Source: Acidimicrobiia bacterium | Lineage (GTDB): Bacteria; Actinomycetota; Acidimicrobiia; Spongiisociales; ZC4RG35 | Assembly: GCA_965203555.1 (NCBI GenBank) | Contig: CBDBCY010000004.1 | Coordinates: 2,912,001-2,976,000, forward strand | Direction of reading: 5' to 3' | Length of the DNA: 64,000 bases | Shown here: positions 40,182-49,541 of the stretch, in pieces | Numbering within the stretch: the first letter of the stretch is position 1 | How the letters are laid out: every line of letters starts with the position of its first letter | Program-made: the position numbers and the translations under genes | The notes under the pieces: generated by a model | The model's input: only the letters and a program-made list of their open reading frames with translations | What the model was told of the DNA's origin: nothing | Database searches by the model: none

Positions 40182-40942
40182 TCCACAACCTGACCAAGGC
40201 CAAGTTGGCGGCCGGTGAGGTGGCGGTGGGGTGTTTTTATCGCCATGGCCATGCCGACCTTGCCGAGTATCTGGCGCTGCTGGGCTGGGACTTTCTGGTC
40301 TTCGACGGAGAGCACGGTTCGGTGACTTCGAGGGAAATCTCCAATCTCTCCCGCGCCGTGGAGCTTCACGGGGTCACTCCAATCGCTCGGGTTCCCACCA
40401 ATCTTGCCCATCACATCCTCCGTTTCCTGGACGCCGGTGCGCACGGAGTGCATGTGCCGTGGGTGAACACCGCCGAGGGCGCCGAGCAGGCAGTGCAGTC
40501 GGTTAAGTACCACCCCCGGGGGGTGCGCGGTCTGGCCGGCAACCGGAGCGGCGAGTTTGCGCTCAGCGTTCCCATGGACGAGGTGGTGGCTCGAACCAAC
40601 CGGGAGACCCTGACGGTGATCCACATCGAGACCATCGCGGCGGTGGAGGCGATCGAGGATTATGTGAAGATCGACGGCCTGGATGTGTTGTTCCTGGGGC
40701 CGACCGACCTCTCGCAGTCCATGGGGCTGGTGGGACGGAAGGACCATCCCCGGTTGCTCTGCGCAATGGACCGGGTGGCGGAGGTGGTGTCCGGGTCCGA
40801 CAAGACTCTGGGGATCTTTGTGTCGTCACTGGATGACGTCGAGGAGTGGATCGGTAAGGGAGCTCGCTATTTCTGCGCCGGCATGGAGGGGTTCATGAAG
40901 GCGGGCATGGACGAGTTTCTGTCAGGCGTACGCCGGATGTGA
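40178..40942 (+). CDS. HpcH/HpaI aldolase family protein
   Basis: FDGEHG, ARVP, LDAGAHG, KYHPRGVRG, IET, FLGPTDLS; GTGA overlap with the lactonase. Confidence 0.92.
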   Translation: MIHNLTKAKLAAGEVAVGCFYRHGHADLAEYLALLGWDFLVFDGEHGSVTSREISNLSRAVELHGVTPIARVPTNLAHHILRFLDAGAHGVHVPWVNTAEGAEQAVQSVKYHPRGVRGLAGNRSGEFALSVPMDEVVARTNRETLTVIHIETIAAVEAIEDYVKIDGLDVLFLGPTDLSQSMGLVGRKDHPRLLCAMDRVAEVVSGSDKTLGIFVSSLDDVEEWIGKGARYFCAGMEGFMKAGMDEFLSGVRRM

Positions 40943-41776
40943 TCAGGTAACCAGGGTCATCAGCTTCTGTGCCCGCGGGTCGAGGGCCGCGTCCTTTCTC
41001 CAAGCTCCTTCAATCCTTCGCAGCGCCACCAGCGGCCCTTCGGACAAGGTTCCGTCTCCCGAAGCCGCCACCTGCTGGGGCAGGACCGTTCGGGCATAAC
41101 CCAACACCGCCATCTGCCTCAGCACGGTGGGGTTGGTGGACTCGAGGGCCACCTGGGGCTGGATGTCCAGTTGCGCCAGACCCTGGTCGACGAGGAGTCG
41201 GGTGCGGGAGCCGGAGGGATACAGGGCCCAACCGGGGGGCGTCTGCGGGGCGAGGGGAGAGTAGACGTGCATGCGCTCGGTGGTGATCGGGGTGGAGTTG
41301 TAGCGGTTGCCGGCCGGTCCCACCACAAACGCCAGGTCGATCAGGTAGCTGTCGAGCATGGACAGAAGCTCTCCCGAATCGGCCACCATCAGTTGCAGGT
41401 CTATCGAGGCGTGCTCTTCCCTTAGGCGGGACAGACCGGCGGGCAGTGTGTACAGGCCGGCGGTGTCGATCATCCCCACTCGAAGCGTCCCGACTTCTCC
41501 CTTCTCCCAGCTTTCCAGCCATCGGAGCAGGTCGTTGGTCTGCCCCAGCACCTGGGCGGCGTAGCGGGCGGTTCTCTGTCCCGCTTCGGTGAGCACCCGC
41601 TGCCGCCCTGCCTTACGGAATAGGGGTGCTCCCAGGCGCCTGGAGAGTTCCGCCAAAGAGTGAGAGAGAGCGGGCTGGCTGATGCCCATCTCCCATGCGG
41701 CTTCGGTGAATGAGCCTCGCTGTTCCACTTCCAGCAGGCACCGGAGACTGGTGAAGTTGAGCGATGGAGTATCCAT
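40943..41776 (-). CDS. LysR-family transcriptional regulator
   Basis: GSFTEAAWEMGISQPALSHSL, LTEAG, GTLRVG. Confidence 0.92.
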   Translation of the reverse strand: MDTPSLNFTSLRCLLEVEQRGSFTEAAWEMGISQPALSHSLAELSRRLGAPLFRKAGRQRVLTEAGQRTARYAAQVLGQTNDLLRWLESWEKGEVGTLRVGMIDTAGLYTLPAGLSRLREEHASIDLQLMVADSGELLSMLDSYLIDLAFVVGPAGNRYNSTPITTERMHVYSPLAPQTPPGWALYPSGSRTRLLVDQGLAQLDIQPQVALESTNPTVLRQMAVLGYARTVLPQQVAASGDGTLSEGPLVALRRIEGAWRKDAALDPRAQKLMTLVT

Positions 41777-41789
41777 AACAAATATCTAT
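41775..41789. promoter_or_regulatory. Putative LysR box (T-N11-A with ATA...TAT dyad)
   Basis: ATAACAAATATCTAT overlapping the LysR start in an AT-rich divergent spacer. Confidence 0.45.
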
Positions 41790-41873
41790 GAATCAATATA
41801 GAACCATTTATTTGCATAATCAAAATGGATGCGGCAGACTGTGGAGGGAAGCCATTACCCAGGGGAAGTCACA

Positions 41874-42953
41874 GTGAACGAAATAAGGGTTGCGATCGTC
41901 GGCGTCGGCAACTGCGCCTCCTCCCTGGTGCAGGGAGTGGATTTCTACCGGGACGCCCCCGCCGATCAGACGATTCCGGGTCTCATGCATCCCACGCTCG
42001 GCGGTTATCACGTACGCGACATCCGGTTCGTGGCCGCGTTCGATGTGGACGCCGCCAAGGTGGGGCAGGATCTGTCGAAGGCGATCGCGTCGGGGCAGAA
42101 CAACACCATCGCCTTCTCCGATGTGTCGCACCTGGATGTAACCGTGCAGCGAGGGCCCACCCTGGACGGGATCGGTTCCTATCTGGCCGGATTGGTGGAG
42201 GAGTCGGCGGTCCCCGAAGTGGACGTGGCCGAGGAATTGCGCCGGGCCCGGGTGGATGTGTTGGTCTCCTATCTGCCGGTGGGATCGCAGAAGGCCACCG
42301 AATTCTATGCCGAGCAGGCGCTGGCGGCGGGATGCGCCTTCGTCAACTGCATTCCGGTGTTCATCGCCCGGACGCCCGAGTGGGCCGAGCGTTTCCGGGA
42401 AGCGGGAGTTCCGATCGTGGGTGACGACATCAAATCGCAGGTGGGCGCCACCATCCTGCACCGCGCTCTGGTGAACCTTTTCCAGGACCGGGGCGTGAAG
42501 GTGGACCGCACCTATCAACTCAACTTCGGAGGCAACACCGACTTTCTCAACATGCTGGAGAGAAGCCGGCTGGTGTCGAAGAAGGAATCCAAGACCAAGG
42601 CGGTCACCAGCCAGTTGGAGACCAGGACTCCGGTGGAAGACGTACACATCGGCCCCTCGGACCATGTTCCGTGGTTGACCGACCGCAAGTGGGCGCACAT
42701 TCGCCTGGAGGGCACGGCCTTCGGCGATACTCCCCTAAACGCCGAGGTGAAACTGGAAGTGTGGGACAGCCCCAACTCGGCAGGAGTGGTAATCGACGCG
42801 GTGCGTTGCGCCAAATTGGGCCTCGACCGGGGCATTTGCGGGCCGCTCTATGAGGCGAGCGCCTATTTCATGAAGTCGCCACCCCAGCAGATGCGGGACG
42901 AAGTGGCGCGGGAAGCGGTGGAAGCCTTCATTGCAGGAGGTGCAACAGGTTAG
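41874..42953 (+). CDS. ino1: myo-Inositol-1-phosphate synthase
   Basis: [54 protein letters not shown]. Confidence 0.95.
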   Translation: MNEIRVAIVGVGNCASSLVQGVDFYRDAPADQTIPGLMHPTLGGYHVRDIRFVAAFDVDAAKVGQDLSKAIASGQNNTIAFSDVSHLDVTVQRGPTLDGIGSYLAGLVEESAVPEVDVAEELRRARVDVLVSYLPVGSQKATEFYAEQALAAGCAFVNCIPVFIARTPEWAERFREAGVPIVGDDIKSQVGATILHRALVNLFQDRGVKVDRTYQLNFGGNTDFLNMLERSRLVSKKESKTKAVTSQLETRTPVEDVHIGPSDHVPWLTDRKWAHIRLEGTAFGDTPLNAEVKLEVWDSPNSAGVVIDAVRCAKLGLDRGICGPLYEASAYFMKSPPQQMRDEVAREAVEAFIAGGATG

Positions 42954-43096
42954 AGATCTCTTTTCACAGACCGGCGGAGGGCGGGCTTCGAACCAGGGAT
43001 AACCCACCTCTCGCGAACCCCTCGTCTCCATTCGCGATAGTCACCCTTGATTCAGCCCGCCTAGCCGCCAATACAACGGTCGGTGAGAGAGGCCTC
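42953..43096. other. ~145-nt rod-like imperfect hairpin (structured RNA or miniature element)
   Basis: Nested stems TCACAGACC/GGTCGGTGA, GGCGG/CCGCC, GCGGGCT/AGCCCGC, GAACCAGGG/CCTTGATTC, TCGCGAA/TTCGCGA. Confidence 0.55.
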
Positions 43097-43146
43097 TTCT
43101 ACGCCGGTGTGCGGCCGGGGACCGATTGCCGCGGGTCGCCGATGGT

Positions 43147-43674
43147 TTATTCCCGGAGGTTCTCGATGTCCCTCCAGCCGTAGGAGACCTCGGTCAGATC
43201 CCTTCCGCCGATGGTGATCGTCTTTCTACCCAGCACCTCGCCGCCCAGGGACTCATAGAACGAACGGGCGGCGGGATTGTCTTCGAGGACCCACAGGAGC
43301 ATGGAGGAGAACCCTTGTGCCGAGAGCGCCTCGGCCAGGGCGGAGACCAGGCGCCGTCCCACTCCCCGGCGCTGGTAGTCCCGGTAGAGGTAGATGGCGT
43401 ACAGTTCGGCTCCGAAGGCGGGGTTGGCCTCCTGCTCGGGACCCCCTCCGACAAAGCCCACCACCTCGCCTGCTGGGGCTTCGGCGACGAAAGTCGAAAT
43501 GGCGGGCGGGTCTGTTCCAAGGATCTCTTCCCACCACGATGCCCGGTCGGAATACGAGAGGCCCAGAAGGAACTCGGCCGGCATCACTCCCGCGTACGTG
43601 GCTCGCCAGGAATCGATGTGCACCTTGGCGATGGAGGAAGCGTCGGAGAGACGCGCCGCCCTGATGCGGATCAT
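43147..43674 (-). CDS. GNAT-family N-acetyltransferase
   Basis: VHIDSWRATY, ELYAIYL, QRRGVGRRL, LWVLEDN, ARSFYESLGG. Confidence 0.92.
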   Translation of the reverse strand: MIRIRAARLSDASSIAKVHIDSWRATYAGVMPAEFLLGLSYSDRASWWEEILGTDPPAISTFVAEAPAGEVVGFVGGGPEQEANPAFGAELYAIYLYRDYQRRGVGRRLVSALAEALSAQGFSSMLLWVLEDNPAARSFYESLGGEVLGRKTITIGGRDLTEVSYGWRDIENLRE

Positions 43675-43679
43675 CTCCG

Positions 43680-45938
43680 CTACCGGGAGGCTTGCCTGAT
43701 GGCCTGCCAGACGCGGACCGGGGTGAGGGGCATGTCGAGGTGGGTGACTCCCAGCGGCCGCAGCGCGTCAAGCACCGCGTTCTGGATGGCGGCGGTGGCC
43801 CCGATGGTTCCTGCCTCGCCGATTCCCTTCACTCCCAGCGGGTTTTGGGTGGTGGGGGTGACGGTGTGGTCGATCTCGATGGATGGCAGGTTGGCAGCGG
43901 TGGGAACCAGGTAGGTGGTGAGGTTGGTGGTAAGGGGATTGGCGTCCTCGTCGTAGAGAACCTGCTCTAACAGCGCTTGTCCGGCGGCTTGGGCGACGCC
44001 GCCCTGCACCTGCCCGTCCACCATCCGGCGGTTGAGGATCTTCCCGCAGTCGTCCACGGCGATGTGACGAAGGTAGCGAACGTCGCCGGTCTCGGTGTCC
44101 ACCTCCACCACCGCGATGTGGGTTCCGAACGGGAAGGTGGCCTCCGGCTGGTCGAAGGAAAGCTGCGAAGCCAGACCTTCGCCGCTCACCCGAGCCAACT
44201 CTCCCCAGGTCATGGTGATGTCGGGAGAACCGGCCACCGAAACGCGGCCTCCGTCGGTGACCACTACGTCCTCGGGCGCGGCCTCGTGGAGGGTGGCGAA
44301 CAGCGCTTTACCCTTTTCCACCACGTCTTCGCCCGCATGCAGGACCGCGGTTCCCCCCAACTGCAGCGACCTGGATCCCATGGTGCCGCCTCCGCTGGCC
44401 ACCCGGCCGGTGTCGCCTTGGATGTAGATGATCCGATCCATGGGGACCTGCAGTACGTCGGCGGCGATCTGGGTGAGAGAAGTTTCGTGCCCCTGCCCGT
44501 GAGAGGAAAGACCGGTGGCAACCTCGATCATCTCGTCCTCGCGGACCGTAACCGATCCCCACTCGGTCCTCCCCTGGGGAGCGGTTATCTCCACATAGGT
44601 GCTGATGCCCACTCCGAGCCGCCACCGGTCGCTACGCTGGATCCGTTCGGATTGCTGCCGGCGCAGCATGGGATAGTCCGCCATCTCCAAAGCTCGGTCC
44701 AGCGCATGGTCGTAGTCGCCGGAGTCGTAGAGTTGATTGGTGGGAGTACGGTAGGGAAACTGATGAGGACCGATGAAGTTGCGACGCCGGACCTCCACGG
44801 GATCCATGTCCAGTTCCTCGGCCAACAGATCCATGCACCTTTCCAGGTAAGCGGTGGCCTCCGGTCGTCCGGCGCCCCGGTAGGCGTTGATGGGGCAGGT
44901 GTTGGAAACCACCGACTGGTAGGTGAACTGCACCTTGGGGATGTGATAGGCGCCGTTTGCAACCATGATGGTGAATTCGGGCAGATAGGCGCCGAAGTAC
45001 ACGTAGCCGCCCGATTCGGCCACCGTGTGGACCCGAATACCCGTCAGGGTCCCATCCCGGAGGGCGCCCAACTCGACGAATTGGTAGACGCCGCGCCCGT
45101 GAGGAAGAGTGAGCAGGTTCTCTTCGCGGGTCTCCTGCCAGCGGACCGGACGCCCCAGACGGTGAGCCGAAGCGGCGCACAACACCTGTTCGGGCATGGG
45201 GGCGATCTTCACCCCGAAGCCCCCGCCCATGTCGGGAACTCTCACTCGCACCAGTTCCCGGTCGATCCCCAGGCAGCGAGAGATGACGTTGCGGTGCACG
45301 AAGGCGTTTTGGGAACCCGTCCAGACATCCAACCGATCACCGTCCGGAACCGCCAGGCAATTGCTGTTCTCCAGGGGAACCCCGGCCACCCTCTGGTTGT
45401 AGAACTCGGAGCGGATCACCACCTGTGCGTCTGCCAGGGGATCCTCGGTGACCTGGTCGGTGGTGTCCAAGGCGATGTTGGTTCCGATTTCAGGAAAGAG
45501 CAGGGGGGCATCTGCAGCCATGGCGTCGATGGGACTGGTGACGGTGGGTAGCGGATCGATGTCGACCCAGATCTGGCGGGCTGCGTCGGCGGCCTGCCGA
45601 TCGGTCTCGGCGATGACCACGGCCACTGCCTCTCCCACGAATCGCACCCGGTCGGAGGCGGGAACCGACTGGGTGAAACGCGGATCGGCGCCCGGCGACC
45701 CCACCGACAGGGGCCGCAGGTTCAGATCGGAAGCCGTGAACACGGCCACCACTCCCGGCGAGTCGACCGCGTCTTCGGTGTCTATGTCAGTGATTATCCC
45801 GTGGGGCACGTCGGAGCGAACCACCTTCATCCACAGGGCATCCGGTCGGGTTATGTTGCCGACGTACCGGCCGCGTCCCCTGATGAGGCGGGGGTCCTCG
45901 ACCCGCTTGACGGCCGCGCCGATGATAGAACTCTGCAT
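43680..45938 (-). CDS. Xanthine dehydrogenase-family Mo-binding subunit (form II CoxL-like)
   Basis: RVEDPRLIRG, MGGGFGVK, AYRGAGRPEA, HGQGHET, GVKGIGEAG. Start trimmed to MQSSIIG. Confidence 0.92.
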   Translation of the reverse strand: MQSSIIGAAVKRVEDPRLIRGRGRYVGNITRPDALWMKVVRSDVPHGIITDIDTEDAVDSPGVVAVFTASDLNLRPLSVGSPGADPRFTQSVPASDRVRFVGEAVAVVIAETDRQAADAARQIWVDIDPLPTVTSPIDAMAADAPLLFPEIGTNIALDTTDQVTEDPLADAQVVIRSEFYNQRVAGVPLENSNCLAVPDGDRLDVWTGSQNAFVHRNVISRCLGIDRELVRVRVPDMGGGFGVKIAPMPEQVLCAASAHRLGRPVRWQETREENLLTLPHGRGVYQFVELGALRDGTLTGIRVHTVAESGGYVYFGAYLPEFTIMVANGAYHIPKVQFTYQSVVSNTCPINAYRGAGRPEATAYLERCMDLLAEELDMDPVEVRRRNFIGPHQFPYRTPTNQLYDSGDYDHALDRALEMADYPMLRRQQSERIQRSDRWRLGVGISTYVEITAPQGRTEWGSVTVREDEMIEVATGLSSHGQGHETSLTQIAADVLQVPMDRIIYIQGDTGRVASGGGTMGSRSLQLGGTAVLHAGEDVVEKGKALFATLHEAAPEDVVVTDGGRVSVAGSPDITMTWGELARVSGEGLASQLSFDQPEATFPFGTHIAVVEVDTETGDVRYLRHIAVDDCGKILNRRMVDGQVQGGVAQAAGQALLEQVLYDEDANPLTTNLTTYLVPTAANLPSIEIDHTVTPTTQNPLGVKGIGEAGTIGATAAIQNAVLDALRPLGVTHLDMPLTPVRVWQAIRQASR

Positions 45939-46214
45939 GCCGGAAATAGTAGGTCTGCCAAAAAGCTCCTCGGTCGCGGACGCCCGGCGGACCGGGACGG
46001 TCCTGCAATCCCGCAAGAAGATCGGGCTGAAAGAGACGTTCGGGCGGGCTGGTCTTGTATCTTGGGTTGTTGTGTACTTGTATACGAGGATGAGTATCTC
46101 ACGATTCGAGCGGCCGGCGGAGCCTGTCGGTTCCAAGGTGCGAGAAGAAGGGGATCAGATGGAAAGGGTATGTTGCCAATGAGACCAAATCACAAGTTAC
46201 CGATGCCCATGATC

Positions 46215-47636
46215 ATGAGCCGGAGAAGATTCCTGCAGTTGATGGGGATGAGCGGTGCGGCAGTAGTCCTCGGCGCATGCGGCGCCGATGAAGTAGCCGA
46301 GACCACCGCGGCGCCGGCCACCACCGCCGGCACGGCTGCGCCCACCACTACAGCGGCGCCCGCACCCGTTTCGATCGACTTCTGGCTGCCCGGCGGTTCC
46401 GACCCGTTCTGCCAGGGCTTCGAGTTGGTCGCCGACAGCTTTGCTGGTTCCGGATCCGGTATCACGGTGGAGGAAGTCCTGTGCGGAGTGGCGGACGACG
46501 AGGACTTCAACGAGCGCCTGTTGGCCAACCTGGCCGCCGGTACGCCGCCCGACGCGGTCATCATCTGGGATCCTCCGGTGATCATGGCGTCCCTGGGGGC
46601 TTTGGAACCGCTGGACGGGCTGATGGCCGCCTCCCAGAACTCGAAGGTGGAGAACTGGCCGGAGGGAACCCTTGCCTCCTGCCGCTGGGACGGTCAGATC
46701 TTCGGGCTGCCCGCCACTGCCAGTTCCTACGCCATCTTCTACAACGAGGAATTGCTGGAGAGCAAGGGCATCCCCAGCGGCCGCGACGACTTCCCCAAGA
46801 CCTGGGACGACCTCAAGGCCCTGTCGGCCGAGTTCGTCCAGTGGGACGGCGACACACTGGTCTCGGCCGGGTTCATCCCGCCCTACGACGCCATCGAGAG
46901 CGCCATCTGGTCGGCCACCAACGGCGGAGTCCTGTACGACGCCGACGCTCAGCAGGTAAGACTCAACTCCGATGAGAACATCGAGATGCTCGACTACGCG
47001 GTGCAGTGGTTGAACGAGCAGTACAAGGGGGATTGGGTGGCGATGGACGCCTCGGGCAACTACCTGGGCGGCGGATACGTCGACGAACTGGGACGCCCCC
47101 CTGCCTTCCAGAGTGGTCACCACATGGCCCTGGTGGGCGGTTTCTGGGTTGCCGCCGACATGTACAGCAGTGAGTTGGTCGGATGGGAGCGCTGGAATGT
47201 AGCCGAATTCCCGGTGGGTCCGAGCGGAACATCGACCGCTTCCGGCTTTTGGCCCAACTGGTGCGCCATCCCCAAGGGTTCCGCCAATCCCGAGGCTGCC
47301 TTCGCATGGCTCGACTACCTGGTGGTCGAAGGGATGCGAACTTGGTTCGCCCAGGTCCCCGACATCCCCACCAACCGTTTGGCGCCGACCGACTTGTTCC
47401 CCCAGTCGGTAGCCGATGTCCGCGGCGATGAGTTCGCCACCGACATAACGCAGTTCTTCAAGGCACAGTTGGACGTGGCCGCACCCATGTGGACCTGCCC
47501 GGTCCAGAACTTCCTGCACGACCAGGTCTCCACGGCGATCAGCTCGGCGATGCTCAAGCAGTCGACTCCGAAGGAAGCCCTGACCGTGGCCCAGGAGGCC
47601 ACCCAGGCCGAACTGGACTCACTCTTGGCGGGCTGA
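46215..47636 (+). CDS. Carbohydrate ABC transporter substrate-binding protein (Tat lipoprotein); start may be slightly upstream
   Basis: SRRRFL Tat motif, LGAC lipobox, Thr/Ala linker, IFYNEELL, PKTWDDL. Confidence 0.9.
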   Translation: MSRRRFLQLMGMSGAAVVLGACGADEVAETTAAPATTAGTAAPTTTAAPAPVSIDFWLPGGSDPFCQGFELVADSFAGSGSGITVEEVLCGVADDEDFNERLLANLAAGTPPDAVIIWDPPVIMASLGALEPLDGLMAASQNSKVENWPEGTLASCRWDGQIFGLPATASSYAIFYNEELLESKGIPSGRDDFPKTWDDLKALSAEFVQWDGDTLVSAGFIPPYDAIESAIWSATNGGVLYDADAQQVRLNSDENIEMLDYAVQWLNEQYKGDWVAMDASGNYLGGGYVDELGRPPAFQSGHHMALVGGFWVAADMYSSELVGWERWNVAEFPVGPSGTSTASGFWPNWCAIPKGSANPEAAFAWLDYLVVEGMRTWFAQVPDIPTNRLAPTDLFPQSVADVRGDEFATDITQFFKAQLDVAAPMWTCPVQNFLHDQVSTAISSAMLKQSTPKEALTVAQEATQAELDSLLAG

Positions 47637-47654
47637 TCGGCTCGGTCCCCTCTG

Positions 47655-48563
47655 ATGGGTAGGTTGCGGCGGCTTCAACCCAGACCGCTGGGCCGGCGAG
47701 AAGCGCTGGCAGGGTTTCTGTTCGTGTCTCCCTGGCTGTTTGCTCTCGTGGTGTTCCACGTCTATCCGATAGTCGCCGCCACCTACCTGTCGTTCTCCGA
47801 CTACAGCGTGTTCACGCCCCCCGAGTTCGTCGGGGGGGACAACTACGTGAAGCTGTTGGACGATCCCACGGTTTGGAGGGCGGCCGGCAACAGCCTCTTC
47901 TACGCCCTGCTGTCGGTCCCGATCGGCTTGGCGGCGTCGCTGGTGCTGGCGCTCCTCCTCAACCGCCCGGTCCGGGGAATCGGCATCCACCGGACCTTCT
48001 TCTACATGCCGGCGGTGGTCCCGCCCGTGGCGGGAACCATCGTGTTCCTCCTGCTCTTGGAGCCCCGTGCGGGGCCTCTCAACACCGCCATAGAGACGGT
48101 CGGCCTGGACGGACCGGCCTGGTTCCAGGATCCCGCCTTCGCCAAGTGGGGGCTGATCATCCTGAGCCTGTGGGGGGTGGGCGCCGGGACCCTGATCTTC
48201 CTGGCCGGCCTCCAGGAGATACCCGAATCTCTGCTGGAGGCGGCTTCGATCGACGGAGCGGGCGCCTGGCGGAGGTTCCGTCACGTCACGTTTCCCCTGC
48301 TGACCCCCGTGATCCTCTTCAACCTGGTGATCGGGGTGATCTACTCCTTTCAGGTCTTCGATGCGGCCATGATCGTGGGAGGCACCTCGGGGGTGCCCGC
48401 CGGATCGACGCTCATGTACATGGTCCACATCTACCGGACGGCCTTCGGATATTTCGACATGGGCTACGCCTCGGCCCAGGCCATGGTGCTGTTCCTGGTG
48501 ATCGTGGCTGTGACCGGTGCTATCTTCGGGACCACCAGGCGCTGGGTCTACGAGGGGGTGTAG
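47655..48563 (+). CDS. Carbohydrate ABC transporter permease
   Basis: FVGGDNY, LLEAASIDGAG, FRHVTFPLL, MGYASA. Confidence 0.93.
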   Translation: MGRLRRLQPRPLGRREALAGFLFVSPWLFALVVFHVYPIVAATYLSFSDYSVFTPPEFVGGDNYVKLLDDPTVWRAAGNSLFYALLSVPIGLAASLVLALLLNRPVRGIGIHRTFFYMPAVVPPVAGTIVFLLLLEPRAGPLNTAIETVGLDGPAWFQDPAFAKWGLIILSLWGVGAGTLIFLAGLQEIPESLLEAASIDGAGAWRRFRHVTFPLLTPVILFNLVIGVIYSFQVFDAAMIVGGTSGVPAGSTLMYMVHIYRTAFGYFDMGYASAQAMVLFLVIVAVTGAIFGTTRRWVYEGV

Positions 48564-48586
48564 ATGAGGGGAAGTAGAGAGAACCG

Positions 48587-49498
48587 ATGAGACTCCTTCG
48601 TCCAGGCGCTTTCACAGAGACCGGGCCCGGCGTAGCCGATGAGCCGCGGCAGGGCTTTTACGCCGGTCGCATGGGGTGGTTCCGTCAGTCGGCATGGCAC
48701 ATGGTGCTGGGCGCCATGTCGGTGTGCTTCGCCCTTCCCCTGGTGTGGATGCTCAGTTCGGCTTTGAAGAGGAACGAAGAGATATTCACCATCCCCGTCA
48801 AGTGGTTTCCGGAGACGTTCAGGTGGGGCAACTTCGCGGAGGTACTCGAGTATCCGGGATTCCCCTTCTTCAAGTTCTTCGGAAACAGCCTCTTCTACGC
48901 GGGAAGCGTGACGGTGGGAACGGTGCTCTCCTGCGCGGTGGTCGGATACGGATTTGCCCGACTGCGCTTTCCCGGGCGGGGAATCCTCTTCAGTCTCACC
49001 CTGGCCACCATGATGGTCCCCGCCATAGTGACCTTCATCCCCACCTTCCTCCTGTTCAGGTATCTGGGTGTGCTGGGGACCTACATACCACTGATCGCCC
49101 CGGCTTTCTTCGCCCAGGCCTTTTTCATCTTCATGATGCGCCAGTTCTTCCGGGGCCTGCCCCGGGAACTGGATGACGCCGCCCGGGTCGACGGCGCCGG
49201 CGAGTTCCGCATCTTCTGGCAGATCATGCTGCCTCTGGTCAAGCCGGCGCTGGTGGTGATGGCGGTGTTCACCTTCGTGTGGACCTGGCACGACTTCTTC
49301 GGACCGCTGATCTACCTCAACGATCCCGACCAGTACCCCCTGTCGCTGGGCCTGTACTCCTTCCGCGGTCGGAGGCTGACCGAATGGCACCTGATGATGG
49401 CCGCGGCTACCCTGATGACCGCGCCGCTGGTGATCCTGTTCGCGGTGGCCCAGAAGTATTTCGTGAGTGGTATGAGGATGTTCGGGATCAAGGGATGA
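48587..49498 (+). CDS. Carbohydrate ABC transporter permease
   Basis: GYGFARLRFPG, ELDDAARVDGAG, WTWHDF, AQKYF. Confidence 0.93.
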   Translation: MRLLRPGAFTETGPGVADEPRQGFYAGRMGWFRQSAWHMVLGAMSVCFALPLVWMLSSALKRNEEIFTIPVKWFPETFRWGNFAEVLEYPGFPFFKFFGNSLFYAGSVTVGTVLSCAVVGYGFARLRFPGRGILFSLTLATMMVPAIVTFIPTFLLFRYLGVLGTYIPLIAPAFFAQAFFIFMMRQFFRGLPRELDDAARVDGAGEFRIFWQIMLPLVKPALVVMAVFTFVWTWHDFFGPLIYLNDPDQYPLSLGLYSFRGRRLTEWHLMMAAATLMTAPLVILFAVAQKYFVSGMRMFGIKG

Positions 49499-49541
49499 CA
49501 AACCGGTCCCGCATGGAACACGACCCTGTAGAGGAGAGTTG

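Noticed and set aside
42975-43000. GGTTCGAAGCC (minus strand) as a tRNA T-arm
   Set aside because: The flanks do not form a 5-bp T-stem and no cloverleaf can be built; the segment pairs within the long rod instead.
43680-45938. Second bona fide CO dehydrogenase
   Set aside because: The motif is AYRGAGR, without the Cu-ligating Cys of AYxCSFR; substrate unknown.
43977-47519. Long antisense ORFs (e.g. 43977-45551 +, 46197-47519 -) and similar shadows throughout the window
   Set aside because: They lie opposite well-supported genes, lack recognisable motifs and are expected in high-GC DNA.
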